Shown here: positions 32,220-41,413 of the stretch, piece after piece | How the letters are laid out: every line of letters begins with the position of its first letter | Numbering within the stretch: the stretch's first letter is position 1 | Assembly (NCBI GenBank): GCA_965221695.1 | Contig: OZ244905.1 | Location: forward strand, 352,001 to 416,000 | Reading direction: 5' to 3' | Source of the DNA: Gammaproteobacteria bacterium | Lineage (GTDB): Bacteria > Pseudomonadota > Gammaproteobacteria > Eutrophobiales > Eutrophobiaceae | Length of the DNA stretch: 64,000 bases | The notes under the pieces: model-generated | What the model was told of the DNA's origin: nothing | What the model saw: only the letters and a program-made list of their open reading frames with translations | Database searches by the model: none | Translations under genes and position numbers: made by a program

Positions 32220-33359
32220 ATGCCGTTACGCGAACGCTTCCCGATATTCCAAACCAGGACTTATATTAACAGTTGTTCCTACGGCGCACTGTCTGACGAT
32301 GTCAGACAGGCCTACCTGTCCTACCTGGATGACAGGGACCGCTTCGGCTCCCACTGGGAGGTCTGGGTCGGCAAGTTGGAAACCCTGAGAATGATGTTAG
32401 GGCAGATGTTGAACGCCTCAGCCGATGAGATAGCGACCGCTTCCTGTCTTAGCGATTGTGTAAATTCCCTGGCCAGCGCGTTGGAATTTGCCGGCAGTCG
32501 CAACAAAATATTGCTTACGGATTTTGACTTCCCCACTACCGCGCAAATCTGGCGCGCCCAGGAGAAGAGGGGGGCCGTCATTGAATGCGTCCCTTGCGAT
32601 ACGGGCGAATTGACCATCCCGCCGGAGCGCTTTTCTGACTATATCGACGAAACTACTCTATTGGTCTCTATACCTCATATCTGCTACCGCAACGGGGCGC
32701 GTCTGGATATCAAACCAATCATCGACGCGGCCCATGACCGAGGCGCATTGGTATTTCTGGATTGCTATCAGAGCGTTGGCTCCATGCCTATCGATGTCAA
32801 GGCGCTGGATGTGGACTTTGCCGCCGGTGGTACGCTGAAATACCTGGTTTCGACGACAGGCGCCGCATTCATGTACGTAAGGAACGCTTTGATTGCCGAT
32901 CTGGAGCCAACTGCCAGCGGTTGGTTCAGCCAGGGAGACATCAACGCTATGGATATTTATCGGAACGACCCTGCTGAAAACGCCCGTCGCTTTGAATCCG
33001 GCACGCCCAATGTCGCCAGCCTGTATGCGTCCATAGCCGGGTTGCATCTGACCAATGAGGTGGGGTTGGATAAGATCGCGCAACATGTCAGCTCTTTGAA
33101 CAGGACGATCAAGGAAAAAGTCCGTGAAAACGGTTTTCAACTGGCCATGCCTGCAGAAGACGACGGACATGGCCCGATGGTCTCCATCAGGTCGACTGAC
33201 ATGTACAAGCTTGTGGCGGCGCTGGAACAACGAGGCATCACCACATCCTGCCGCGATGGCAACCTGAGGGTTTCAGCGCATTTTTATAACAATGCTGATG
33301 ATGTGGAGGCGCTGTTTGAGGCGCTGAATCACGAGCGCCCCTTGGTTGTATGCGACTGA
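32220..33359 (+). CDS. Class V PLP-dependent enzyme (kynureninase/C-S lyase-like)
   Basis: YINSCSYG, DFPT, LDCYQS, GGTLKYL, RFESGTP, RVSAHFYN. Confidence 0.86.
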   Translation: MPLRERFPIFQTRTYINSCSYGALSDDVRQAYLSYLDDRDRFGSHWEVWVGKLETLRMMLGQMLNASADEIATASCLSDCVNSLASALEFAGSRNKILLTDFDFPTTAQIWRAQEKRGAVIECVPCDTGELTIPPERFSDYIDETTLLVSIPHICYRNGARLDIKPIIDAAHDRGALVFLDCYQSVGSMPIDVKALDVDFAAGGTLKYLVSTTGAAFMYVRNALIADLEPTASGWFSQGDINAMDIYRNDPAENARRFESGTPNVASLYASIAGLHLTNEVGLDKIAQHVSSLNRTIKEKVRENGFQLAMPAEDDGHGPMVSIRSTDMYKLVAALEQRGITTSCRDGNLRVSAHFYNNADDVEALFEALNHERPLVVCD

Positions 33360-33399
33360 CAGACTAAGCCAGCTTTATCCCATTCACACGTAAGAAGCC

Positions 33400-34506
33400 A
33401 TGAATAAACCAGACAAATTTACCGGCGTACACCTGGTCGGCAGCATCGCGATGGACAATTGTGAACAGGTTTTTCGCGATGTCAGCGCGTCGCTGGGCCC
33501 TTATCTTCAGAATATACCGGATGGTGAGACCGGTGAGCGGTCACGCTGGATTTATTTTCAAAGAGCCATGCTGTTGGAACATCCGGCCATGGAGATCGAT
33601 TCTACTGAACCGGAGCTGTCGATATACCAGTGGGACGGCAAGTTGTTGCGTTCCCTGCCGCTGTTGCGCTTCAGAGAAGATGCCAACCTTGACGAGGTCG
33701 AGTTCCAAACCGGTTATGACCAGGCAGCGGAATATTCTTATGGCATATTCAAACGACTGCGGGAGGAGGGAGCGATACCCGCCGGAGTCCGCTTCCAGGT
33801 ATGCCTGCCCACACCGATGGCCAGTTGTTACATGTACATCAGTCCGAAGTCCCATGACGATTACCTGCGTGTCTACCAGAAATCCCTGCTGAAAGCGCTG
33901 AACAGGATACTTGACCTGATCCCCCATGAAGACCTGTGCATACAATACGATGTCTGCCAGGAAGTGCTGCTGTTCGAAGATTACTTCCCGTATCGTCCCC
34001 CAGACTACCAGGAACAGATATTTACCGAACTGGCAGCGCTGGGAGATGCGGTGCCGGAAGATGTCACACTCGGGTACCACCTGTGCTATGGCACCCCGTA
34101 TGATGAGCACCTGGTCATGCCGAAAGATGCGGGCATACTGGTGGAACTGATGAACGGCATTATCGGTGGCGCCACAAGGCGAGTCGATTTTCTGCACATA
34201 CCTGTTCCGAAGGATCGTACCGACCAGGCTTATTTCGAACCCTTAACGCAATTCACCGGTTCAACAAGAGTATATCTCGGCTTGATCCACCACGATGATG
34301 AAGCCGGCGACCTGCAACGCATCAAGGTCGCCCGCGACTACGTCAAGGACTTCGGCATCAGTACCGAATGCGGCTGGGGCAGGACAGACCCGAAACGGGT
34401 CCCGGCCCTGCTTGCCAGCCACAAAAAAGCCGCCGAGACATTGCTGGCCCCCGGGAGCGCTGGCGTCTCGCCCGCAGGCAAGCGGAACGTCAGCGATCCC
34501 AGGTAG
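33400..34506 (+). CDS. MetE/UROD-superfamily protein (single catalytic barrel)
   Basis: HLVGS, PDGETGER, IQYDVC, GYHLCYG (HxC), ECGWGR. Confidence 0.7.
   Translation: MNKPDKFTGVHLVGSIAMDNCEQVFRDVSASLGPYLQNIPDGETGERSRWIYFQRAMLLEHPAMEIDSTEPELSIYQWDGKLLRSLPLLRFREDANLDEVEFQTGYDQAAEYSYGIFKRLREEGAIPAGVRFQVCLPTPMASCYMYISPKSHDDYLRVYQKSLLKALNRILDLIPHEDLCIQYDVCQEVLLFEDYFPYRPPDYQEQIFTELAALGDAVPEDVTLGYHLCYGTPYDEHLVMPKDAGILVELMNGIIGGATRRVDFLHIPVPKDRTDQAYFEPLTQFTGSTRVYLGLIHHDDEAGDLQRIKVARDYVKDFGISTECGWGRTDPKRVPALLASHKKAAETLLAPGSAGVSPAGKRNVSDPR
34445..34503. repeat. REP-like GC-rich element (family B) inside the 3' end of the MetE-like gene
   Basis: 46/59 nt identical by manual alignment to 45459-45517. 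Confidence 0.75.
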
Positions 34507-34524
34507 GCCACAAGGGATATTTAA

Positions 34525-34673
34525 GGAAACTCTGAACAAGTCCATCCTGGACTTGTCAGAGTACGGAAAACAAAAATGTGATTTTTTATCCTCACAAAAT
34601 CAATGTCTTACAGTCATTGATTTTGCCGATACATCCTTGTATCGTAGGAACCTCTGACTTAATCAGAGGTTCC
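34525..34673. mobile_element. Long MITE (family A), 149 bp, TTAA target-site duplication
   Basis: GGAAACTCTGAACAAGTCC...GGAACCTCTGACTTAATCAGAGGTTCC, TTAA on both sides; inverted homolog of 30598-30820. Confidence 0.87.
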
Positions 34674-34688
34674 TTAAGAAGGATAATC

Positions 34689-36059
34689 ATGAGTATCGAA
34701 ACTCTGACAGCGAAATATCTGGGAAACACACAAAACTCGGCCAGGTTGGCGGAGCGGGCCCGCCGGATTATGCCCGGTGGCGATACTCATGGGCATTTTT
34801 ATAATCCCCCGTACCACATCACTATAGACCATGGTAAAGGAAACTCATTATACGATGTAGACGGCAATCAATACCTGGACTGTGTCAACTCTTACTATAT
34901 GCACATTCATGGGCATTGTTTTGCTCCGATAGTTGAAGCGCTCGATAATCAGCTTCAGTCAGGTACAGGTTTTGGCATGCCCACTGAGGTCCAGATCGAA
35001 TTTGCTGAACATCTTTGTCAATGGGTACCCTCTCTTGATGAGATTCGGTTTGTTTCTTCAGGAAGCGAAGCCACCAGTATGGCGATCAGGGCAGCAAGGG
35101 CTTTCACTGGAAAACAAAAGATTGTCAAGCTGGAGGGTGGCTATCATGGGAATCATAATATTGGCGAAATCAACTCCTTTGGTGGCTCCCTCGACAGGGA
35201 GGAATTGAAAATCTCGCCCGAGATAGGTTGCGAAGGGAGTGAGTTAAACGATGTCATTCTCTTTCGTTTTAATGACACAGACCAACTAAGGGAAATTGCT
35301 AAAGTCCATTCCAATGAAATAGCAGCGCTAATCATCGAGCCTTTTATCATCCCGTCGGGCAGTATTCCGTTCGAACCTGGCTTTCTTCAGACCATTCGAG
35401 ATATTACCCGGGAAGCCAATATTGTCCTCATTTTTGACGAGGTTGTTACCCTGCCATTCGAATATGGAGGCCTTCAGAAACACTATGGTGTGATACCGGA
35501 TCTCACAACCATCGGGAAAGGTATTGGTGGGGGCCTTCCCATAGGGGCCTGGGGCGGCAGAAAGGAGATTATGGAATTGTGGAATCCGGAAAGGGGAGAT
35601 GATGCCGTGCTAATGGTGAGCACATCCGCCGGTAACCCCATGAGCATGATAGCCGGTTTAACTGCCATGCGTCACTTGACCCCGGAACTTATCGAGCAAC
35701 GTAATATGTTAGGTCAGTGTCTCAGAAAAGGGATGAATCAGGCATTTAACAAAGCCGGAATTCATGGTCAGGTAACAGGAACCGCACATTCATTTTGGGT
35801 ACATTGGTCCGACCAACCTGTCAGGAATCCCCATGACGTCGGAATGGCCATATCGAGAGCGGGCGATGAAATAAGAAACCTGTTATTTCTGGGGATGAGA
35901 CATCACGGTGTATACCTTTTCCCCAGTCCAAGTATTTTTGGCCATATCTCAACCGCCATGCAGGAAGCCGATATAGATACGATAATCAAGGCCCTTGAGC
36001 AGACCTTATTTGAGATCAAGCCTTTTATCAAAAGCGAAAGTGGTCTTGTATACGCTTAA
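34689..36059 (+). CDS. Class III aminotransferase, glutamate-1-semialdehyde aminomutase-like (probably not true HemL)
   Basis: MPGG, SGSEAT, EGGYHG, FDEVVT, GKGIGGGLPIG. Start set at MSIETL after AAGGA because the upstream in-frame extension is MITE sequence. Confidence 0.85.
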   Translation: MSIETLTAKYLGNTQNSARLAERARRIMPGGDTHGHFYNPPYHITIDHGKGNSLYDVDGNQYLDCVNSYYMHIHGHCFAPIVEALDNQLQSGTGFGMPTEVQIEFAEHLCQWVPSLDEIRFVSSGSEATSMAIRAARAFTGKQKIVKLEGGYHGNHNIGEINSFGGSLDREELKISPEIGCEGSELNDVILFRFNDTDQLREIAKVHSNEIAALIIEPFIIPSGSIPFEPGFLQTIRDITREANIVLIFDEVVTLPFEYGGLQKHYGVIPDLTTIGKGIGGGLPIGAWGGRKEIMELWNPERGDDAVLMVSTSAGNPMSMIAGLTAMRHLTPELIEQRNMLGQCLRKGMNQAFNKAGIHGQVTGTAHSFWVHWSDQPVRNPHDVGMAISRAGDEIRNLLFLGMRHHGVYLFPSPSIFGHISTAMQEADIDTIIKALEQTLFEIKPFIKSESGLVYA

Positions 36060-36137
36060 CGGAGTCCAAGAGTTGTTTGATATAAAATAAACAGACCAGT
36101 ACACTCGTCGGCTGCATAAAGAAAAGGTATCTCTGCG

Positions 36138-36284
36138 ATGAAAGAAACAGGCGCCGATTTGACCCCCAGCCGCACATCACCGCAACTCAGGATCAATGCG
36201 GCTATTAATACTATTCTAACAGCAAAAAAATACCCGGTCTCTGACCTAACTCTGGTAGAGATGAAAGAGCGCGGACGTGAATGA
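36138..36284 (+). pseudogene. Probable antitoxin remnant (48 codons)
   Basis: Ends LTLVEMKERGRE*, with ATGA overlap to a PIN-like ORF. Confidence 0.45.
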
Positions 36285-36394
36285 ATTTATTTGTACTGGA
36301 TAACTCGGTGGCGATCAGTTGGCTGTTAAAGAGCGAGAAACCGGCCGATGCGGTCATACGGCGCGCTCCGATCTCGATGGCCGATCCGGGTTAA
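36281..36394 (+). pseudogene. Truncated VapC/PIN toxin (37 codons)
   Basis: MNLFVLDNSVAISWLLKSEKP resembles the PIN-domain beta1-Asp N-terminus; the ORF ends at the LysR stop. Confidence 0.6.
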
Positions 36395-37332
36395 CCCGAA
36401 ATCCGGGTTGTAATATCAGATTCCAGTTTTGCCGCTGTTTTCCTCAGTTCATCCAATAAGCTGCCAACCAGGGTCGACTGGTTTGCTCGTTTTGGCAACG
36501 TCAAAAAAATATCGAATTTATATGAAAAGTCAAATGGAAGCCATTGTATTCCCTTGTCTTCATGGTCTATTGCCGTAAATGCAGGAACGAGTGCAATACC
36601 CAGCCCGCAGTTCACAAATTCGCATGCTTCGTGGCTGGTCGATACAGAAATTGTGTTTCTTGGTTTGACTCTGTCAAAATCCAGCTTGTTTTTTACCGCC
36701 AATCGCCAGTCTTCTTTTTCCGATTTCCAATCATCGGTTTGTGTCAACGTGATCAGCGTTTCTCCATTCAGGTCACCTGAGGATATAAGGGACTGACCCA
36801 GTTTTTCATGGTTTGGCGGCAGCACGCAAACCAGCGGGGATTGGATCAACAACTCCTGTTTGACACCAAAGTTATCTCCCATTTGCATACAAAAACCCAA
36901 GTCGACACGCCCGGATGCAACCCATTCGACTATGCTCTGCGTGGTACCTGTGAGGATGGAAACGGAAAAATAATCGTAGTTACGAAGAAACCCGGCAACA
37001 ACCTGTGGCAGCCATTTGTATGACATCATCGGCATCGAGCCAATACCGATATCGTATTTAACATCGCCGCTCAGGTTTTTGATAAAGTTTTCAATATGGG
37101 CAACACCCACGTAAGCGCGCTTGACCTCTTCATACAGCGCCATTGCTTCTGCGGTCGGCAGCAAACGGTTATTTTTGCGCACGAACAAGTTGATGCCACT
37201 ACTCGTCTCCAATAATTTCAGATGTTTACTCACTGATGGTTGCGAAATGCGTAAATGCAGGGCGGCTGTGGTCGTCGAACCATGCTCCATCACGGCCGCA
37301 AATACTTCAAGCTGTTTCATGTTCAGTTTCAT
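36391..37332 (-). CDS. LysR family regulator
   Basis: LEVFAAVMEHGSTTTAALHLRISQPSVSKHLKLLE HTH, LFVR..RLLPT. Confidence 0.93.
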   Translation of the reverse strand: MKLNMKQLEVFAAVMEHGSTTTAALHLRISQPSVSKHLKLLETSSGINLFVRKNNRLLPTAEAMALYEEVKRAYVGVAHIENFIKNLSGDVKYDIGIGSMPMMSYKWLPQVVAGFLRNYDYFSVSILTGTTQSIVEWVASGRVDLGFCMQMGDNFGVKQELLIQSPLVCVLPPNHEKLGQSLISSGDLNGETLITLTQTDDWKSEKEDWRLAVKNKLDFDRVKPRNTISVSTSHEACEFVNCGLGIALVPAFTAIDHEDKGIQWLPFDFSYKFDIFLTLPKRANQSTLVGSLLDELRKTAAKLESDITTRISG

Positions 37333-37334
37333 GG

Positions 37335-38645
37335 CTATAACCCGCCTGAGGCCATCATCTCCGGTAGCCAAAGCGCTAGTCCTGGAAAGCAAACAAGCAG
37401 AATCATTGCTGACAGCATTAACAGAAACATCGGGAATGCCGCCTTTGACACCGTGCCAATTCCGGCTCCGCTCATAGAGTCCACGAGAAACAGGTTAAAG
37501 CCGATTGGTGGGGTCAGTAATGCCATTTCGCTGACGAGCACGATAAACACGCCAAACCATATCATGTCAATACCGGCGCTGCGCACCATGGGTTCCAGAA
37601 TAGCCATTGTCAGCAAGATCATGGAAAAACCATCCAAAAACATGCCGAGGAATAAAAAGAATATTGTCAGTACGGCTATCAACATTGTTGGCGAAAGGTT
37701 CATGCTGCCTATCCAGCGCGCAAGATCGCTCGGCAGGCCCGTAAACGCCATCGCAAGTGCGAGAAAAGAACTGCCGGCAATCAGCAACATGATCATCGAC
37801 ATTACCTGTACCGTACCATCCAGTGATTGGAGCAGGGTGTTAATGCTCAGACTGCCCTGGAAAAAAGACAGCACCAGCGCGCCGAGCACCCCGACGGCGG
37901 CGGCCTCTACCGGCGAGGCCAGGCCAAAAAAAATGGAGCCGATAACCGCCCCTATCAGTAACACTACCGGCACAAGTTTCATCAGCCCTCTTGTCTTTTC
38001 TGTCATGCTGGCCCGAGCTCCGCGCAATGTCTGCCCCCGTGCGGTAAACAAACCCCAGCCGAAAATGTAGCAGGAGAACAACAGCGACAACAGCAATCCG
38101 GGAATAACACCGGCGATGAACAAGCGCCCGATTGATTCTTCCACCGTTACGCCGTAGACAATCATGGTGATCGACGGTGGGATTAGCAGACCCACGGTCC
38201 CGGCGCCGGCGAGGCTTCCCAACGCCAGCGAGTCCGGGTAACCATGTTTTTTCAGTTCAGGAACCGTCATCTTGCCGACCGTTGTCAATGTTGCTGCGCT
38301 GGAACCGGACAACGCGGCAAACGTTGCGCAGCCAAGAATATTCACGTGCAACAAGCCTCCGGGCAGACGCCGTAACCAGGGCGACAAGCCTGAAAACAGA
38401 TTTTCCGACAGTTTTGAGCGAAACAAGATCTCACCCATCCAGATGAACAGGGGTAATGAGACCAGGCTCCAGGTGGCCGCATGGGACCAGATGGTTGTCG
38501 CCATTGCATCCCCAAAATTCATGTCAGTAAACAGCAACATCGCAACCATGCCGGTTCCCAGCAGCGCCATCCCGACCCAAACGCCCAGTCCAAGAAAAGC
38601 AAACAGCGCGGTAATCAGAATAACAACCGCAATGATATTTTCCAT
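37335..38645 (-). CDS. TRAP transporter large permease DctM
   Basis: LPLFIWMGEIL, SGSSAAT, LLIPPSI, LLTPPIGFNLF. Confidence 0.94.
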   Translation of the reverse strand: MENIIAVVILITALFAFLGLGVWVGMALLGTGMVAMLLFTDMNFGDAMATTIWSHAATWSLVSLPLFIWMGEILFRSKLSENLFSGLSPWLRRLPGGLLHVNILGCATFAALSGSSAATLTTVGKMTVPELKKHGYPDSLALGSLAGAGTVGLLIPPSITMIVYGVTVEESIGRLFIAGVIPGLLLSLLFSCYIFGWGLFTARGQTLRGARASMTEKTRGLMKLVPVVLLIGAVIGSIFFGLASPVEAAAVGVLGALVLSFFQGSLSINTLLQSLDGTVQVMSMIMLLIAGSSFLALAMAFTGLPSDLARWIGSMNLSPTMLIAVLTIFFLFLGMFLDGFSMILLTMAILEPMVRSAGIDMIWFGVFIVLVSEMALLTPPIGFNLFLVDSMSGAGIGTVSKAAFPMFLLMLSAMILLVCFPGLALWLPEMMASGGL

Positions 38646-38668
38646 GATTTCCGCCGTTGGATTAGTGG

Positions 38669-39166
38669 CTAATCACTGTTGCGACTTGCAGGAAAAAGCG
38701 CAATCAACAGTGCATGAATGAGGGCAACTGTGAAGACAAAGAATCCGAACGCCATCGGCGCTTGTGGGATCCAAAGCAGAATCTCGTCCGTTCCCGTGCT
38801 GCGGTCTCTGAGGAGTATTGAGACAATAACCATTTTGACCAGGTACAAGCTCATAAAGCAACCAAGAACGGCAGCAATCGACAAACTGATCACTTCGATC
38901 ATCATACGGATACCGCCTTGGGTCCTGTTGAGAAGCAGCGTTATCCTGATATGCCTGTTTTGACCAAACGCGTAAGCCAATCCCAAAGCGCCGGCAGCGC
39001 CAACACAATACCCCGCAAACTCGTTGGTCCCGGGAGTGTAATTCCCAAGTATTCTGTCGACTATATTGATCAGCGTCGCTACAAGCGTCATAACCACAAA
39101 CAAAGACGCCAGGTAACCGCAAGCGCGGTAAACGGCATTAAGGATATTGTCAACATGCCTGCGCAT
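38669..39166 (-). CDS. TRAP transporter small permease DctQ
   Basis: Four TMs, HIRIT motif, located between dctP and dctM. Confidence 0.9.
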   Translation of the reverse strand: MRRHVDNILNAVYRACGYLASLFVVMTLVATLINIVDRILGNYTPGTNEFAGYCVGAAGALGLAYAFGQNRHIRITLLLNRTQGGIRMMIEVISLSIAAVLGCFMSLYLVKMVIVSILLRDRSTGTDEILLWIPQAPMAFGFFVFTVALIHALLIALFPASRNSD

Positions 39167-39222
39167 CAGATTTATCTTTGGGGCTTTCTCATAGGGACTT
39201 GGTGATTATAGTCCAAGCATGT

Positions 39223-40203
39223 CTACCGGCCGCGCAGTTTTCCTAGAATTGTTTCGCCTTCAGCGCCGGCGCGTTGTGTCCATTCCAAGGCCATCCGTTG
39301 TCCTATTTGCCGGAAATAGCCGGCCAGCTCCGGGGAGATATCCTGTACCTTCATTCCTGCCTCGCGCATTGTCGCATTATTTGCATTCTCCCTCGCGATA
39401 ATCTCTGACCAAATAGCTTGCTCTATTTCGGCGGCTATCTGAAGCACTGTGGATTGTATCCCGGCATCGAGTCGGTTCCATTCGTCCAGGTTTGCGATCA
39501 CGGAAGAAGTCGGAAATCCGGCATTCATGGTGTAATAGTAATCGATATAATCCCATAATTTCTGGGACACGCCTGTTACGCCCGACGCAAACGAGCCGTC
39601 GATGACCGCAGTCGAAAATGCAAGAGCAATTTCTGAAGGCTCTGTTTTTGTCGGAATCCCGTCGGCTAGCTGGACTATTCTGGTGGTTGTCCGGTTATAA
39701 GTCCGTATCTTCATGCCCTTCAAGTCCTCAGGACTTTCCAGGCGGTGAGCGGAGAACAGTCCTTGAGGATTCCACAATGCCCGGTAGATAAGCTTCAGGT
39801 TTTTCTGTCTGAGGACTTCCTCCAACGCGGTTCTTGATAAGGTAATGAGTTTTTTGGCTTCTTCCAGGTCCTTGAGCAGGAATGGCAGGTTGCTGAGCTC
39901 GAATAACGGATGCTCAGACGGGTGTAAAAACAGGCCGGTAGAACCGATCTGCACCTGTCCGGTTCGCACTACGCGTAAGATATCCGCGGCCTTGAACAAG
40001 GACCCCCCGGGATGAACGACAATTTCCAGCCTGCCATCCGTCTCCAGCCCAACCCTGCTGGCAAACTCAATATGATGCCTGGTAACAAACGCATTTGCAG
40101 AGATGGGAGTAGGGAAGTGCCATACCTGTTCCCCCCGGGTCGGAACCACGACCAATATTGAAAGCAGCAAACCTGCCCACAGTCGCCGTATCACGGTATG
40201 CAT
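39223..40203 (-). CDS. TRAP substrate-binding protein DctP
   Basis: Signal peptide, HPGGSL, LPFL, DLKGMKIRT. Confidence 0.92.
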   Translation of the reverse strand: MHTVIRRLWAGLLLSILVVVPTRGEQVWHFPTPISANAFVTRHHIEFASRVGLETDGRLEIVVHPGGSLFKAADILRVVRTGQVQIGSTGLFLHPSEHPLFELSNLPFLLKDLEEAKKLITLSRTALEEVLRQKNLKLIYRALWNPQGLFSAHRLESPEDLKGMKIRTYNRTTTRIVQLADGIPTKTEPSEIALAFSTAVIDGSFASGVTGVSQKLWDYIDYYYTMNAGFPTSSVIANLDEWNRLDAGIQSTVLQIAAEIEQAIWSEIIARENANNATMREAGMKVQDISPELAGYFRQIGQRMALEWTQRAGAEGETILGKLRGR

Positions 40204-40233
40204 CTAATCAGTATCACGGTATGCATCTAATCA
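40188..40233. repeat. Perfect 23-bp tandem duplication
   Basis: GTATCACGGTATGCATCTAATCA twice (40188-40210, 40211-40233). Confidence 0.95.
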
Positions 40234-41408
40234 TGATAAATATTCGCGACAGGCAAGTCAGCCGGTGGCTGGTATGTTGGTTCAAGCTCAGCCATCATTC
40301 GCTTTGCCAGCATTTGTTGAAAATGAAGTGAGGTCTGTTCTTGCTTCGGCATGAAGCGTCCGCCATCGAATGCTGTTGAAGAACGGCCTGTTTGCATTTT
40401 TTCGATGATGCCGATGTCCTGATTATTGACATTCAAGGACCAATTTTTCATCACTGTGGCGCGCGCTTCACTCAAATCTTCACGCATCGCTTCATCGCCG
40501 ATGAAAAAAACAACTAGTCTTTCCCGGGTACGAACAGGCCCGAGGGGATTAAGGATAATCACTTTGAACAAGTTCGGCAAACAGGTAATCATCAGGTTGG
40601 GGGCAATATACAAGGCTTCATATTTATCCGTGTCGGCACAACCGGGAAAAACCGGAAGGGGAGGGTTAAAAGACCTGGCCACACCATCGGCGCGACCACC
40701 CAGTCCGATGTAATGATCGCCACCCAGTATCTGGTAATGATCTTCCATGGGGTTCACGCGCTGTAACTCCGGGTGCACCATCGGAACGTGGTAGCTTTCG
40801 ACGAAGTTTTCGACGGCGAGTTTCCAGTTGGCGTTGACGTCAAAGGTAAAATCATAATCAGGACCGGTGCGTAACAAACCCATCGCCGGATTGCCTAGAC
40901 GGTCATTTATAGGTTCCATGGCATCTTCCAGAGAGCCGGCGCCCCCGTTCAAGTTGATCATGACCAACGGTCCCCACACTGCTGTAGGAATTTCCACCAG
41001 GTTCAGGTTCTCTGCATCCATGCCCTCACAGTGATGCCTGCCGGCGCCGCCGGCATGAGGCGTTGCCAACAGCGCGCCATCCAGTGCATAGGACCAGGCA
41101 TGATTGGGACAAATAATACGCGCCTGTTGATGTTTCATTTCACTGCAGAGGGCGGCGCCCCGGTGCCGGCAGATATTGTGGAACGTTCGTATCCTGCCAT
41201 CATTCGCCCGCGTCATAAGCAGCGATTGATTGGCAAATGTCGTTGGCCATAGGTCTCCACATTTGGCCACATCACCGGTCACACCCACGCAGGCCCAGGA
41301 TTTTGATATGAAATGTACCAATTCGGCTTTGAATGCTTCATCCGAAGTGTAGCAGCCGCCAGGCAATCCCCGGGATTGTTCAAGTACTGATTTGTAGCGG
41401 TCTTCCAT
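40227..41408 (-). CDS. Rieske non-heme iron oxygenase alpha subunit (choline monooxygenase-like)
   Basis: CRHRG..CPNHAW Rieske ligands; NWKLAVENFVESYHVPMVHP iron site; C-terminal D..IIEKMQ.GR.S. Confidence 0.9.
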   Translation of the reverse strand: MEDRYKSVLEQSRGLPGGCYTSDEAFKAELVHFISKSWACVGVTGDVAKCGDLWPTTFANQSLLMTRANDGRIRTFHNICRHRGAALCSEMKHQQARIICPNHAWSYALDGALLATPHAGGAGRHHCEGMDAENLNLVEIPTAVWGPLVMINLNGGAGSLEDAMEPINDRLGNPAMGLLRTGPDYDFTFDVNANWKLAVENFVESYHVPMVHPELQRVNPMEDHYQILGGDHYIGLGGRADGVARSFNPPLPVFPGCADTDKYEALYIAPNLMITCLPNLFKVIILNPLGPVRTRERLVVFFIGDEAMREDLSEARATVMKNWSLNVNNQDIGIIEKMQTGRSSTAFDGGRFMPKQEQTSLHFQQMLAKRMMAELEPTYQPPADLPVANIYHD

Positions 41409-41413
41409 TTTAT

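Noticed and set aside
34578-34688. N-terminal extension of the 493-aa aminotransferase ORF
   Set aside because: It lies inside the MITE; the same peptide (IHPCI.GTSDLIRG) appears in the spurious ORF 30589-30894, and a good RBS precedes ATG 34689
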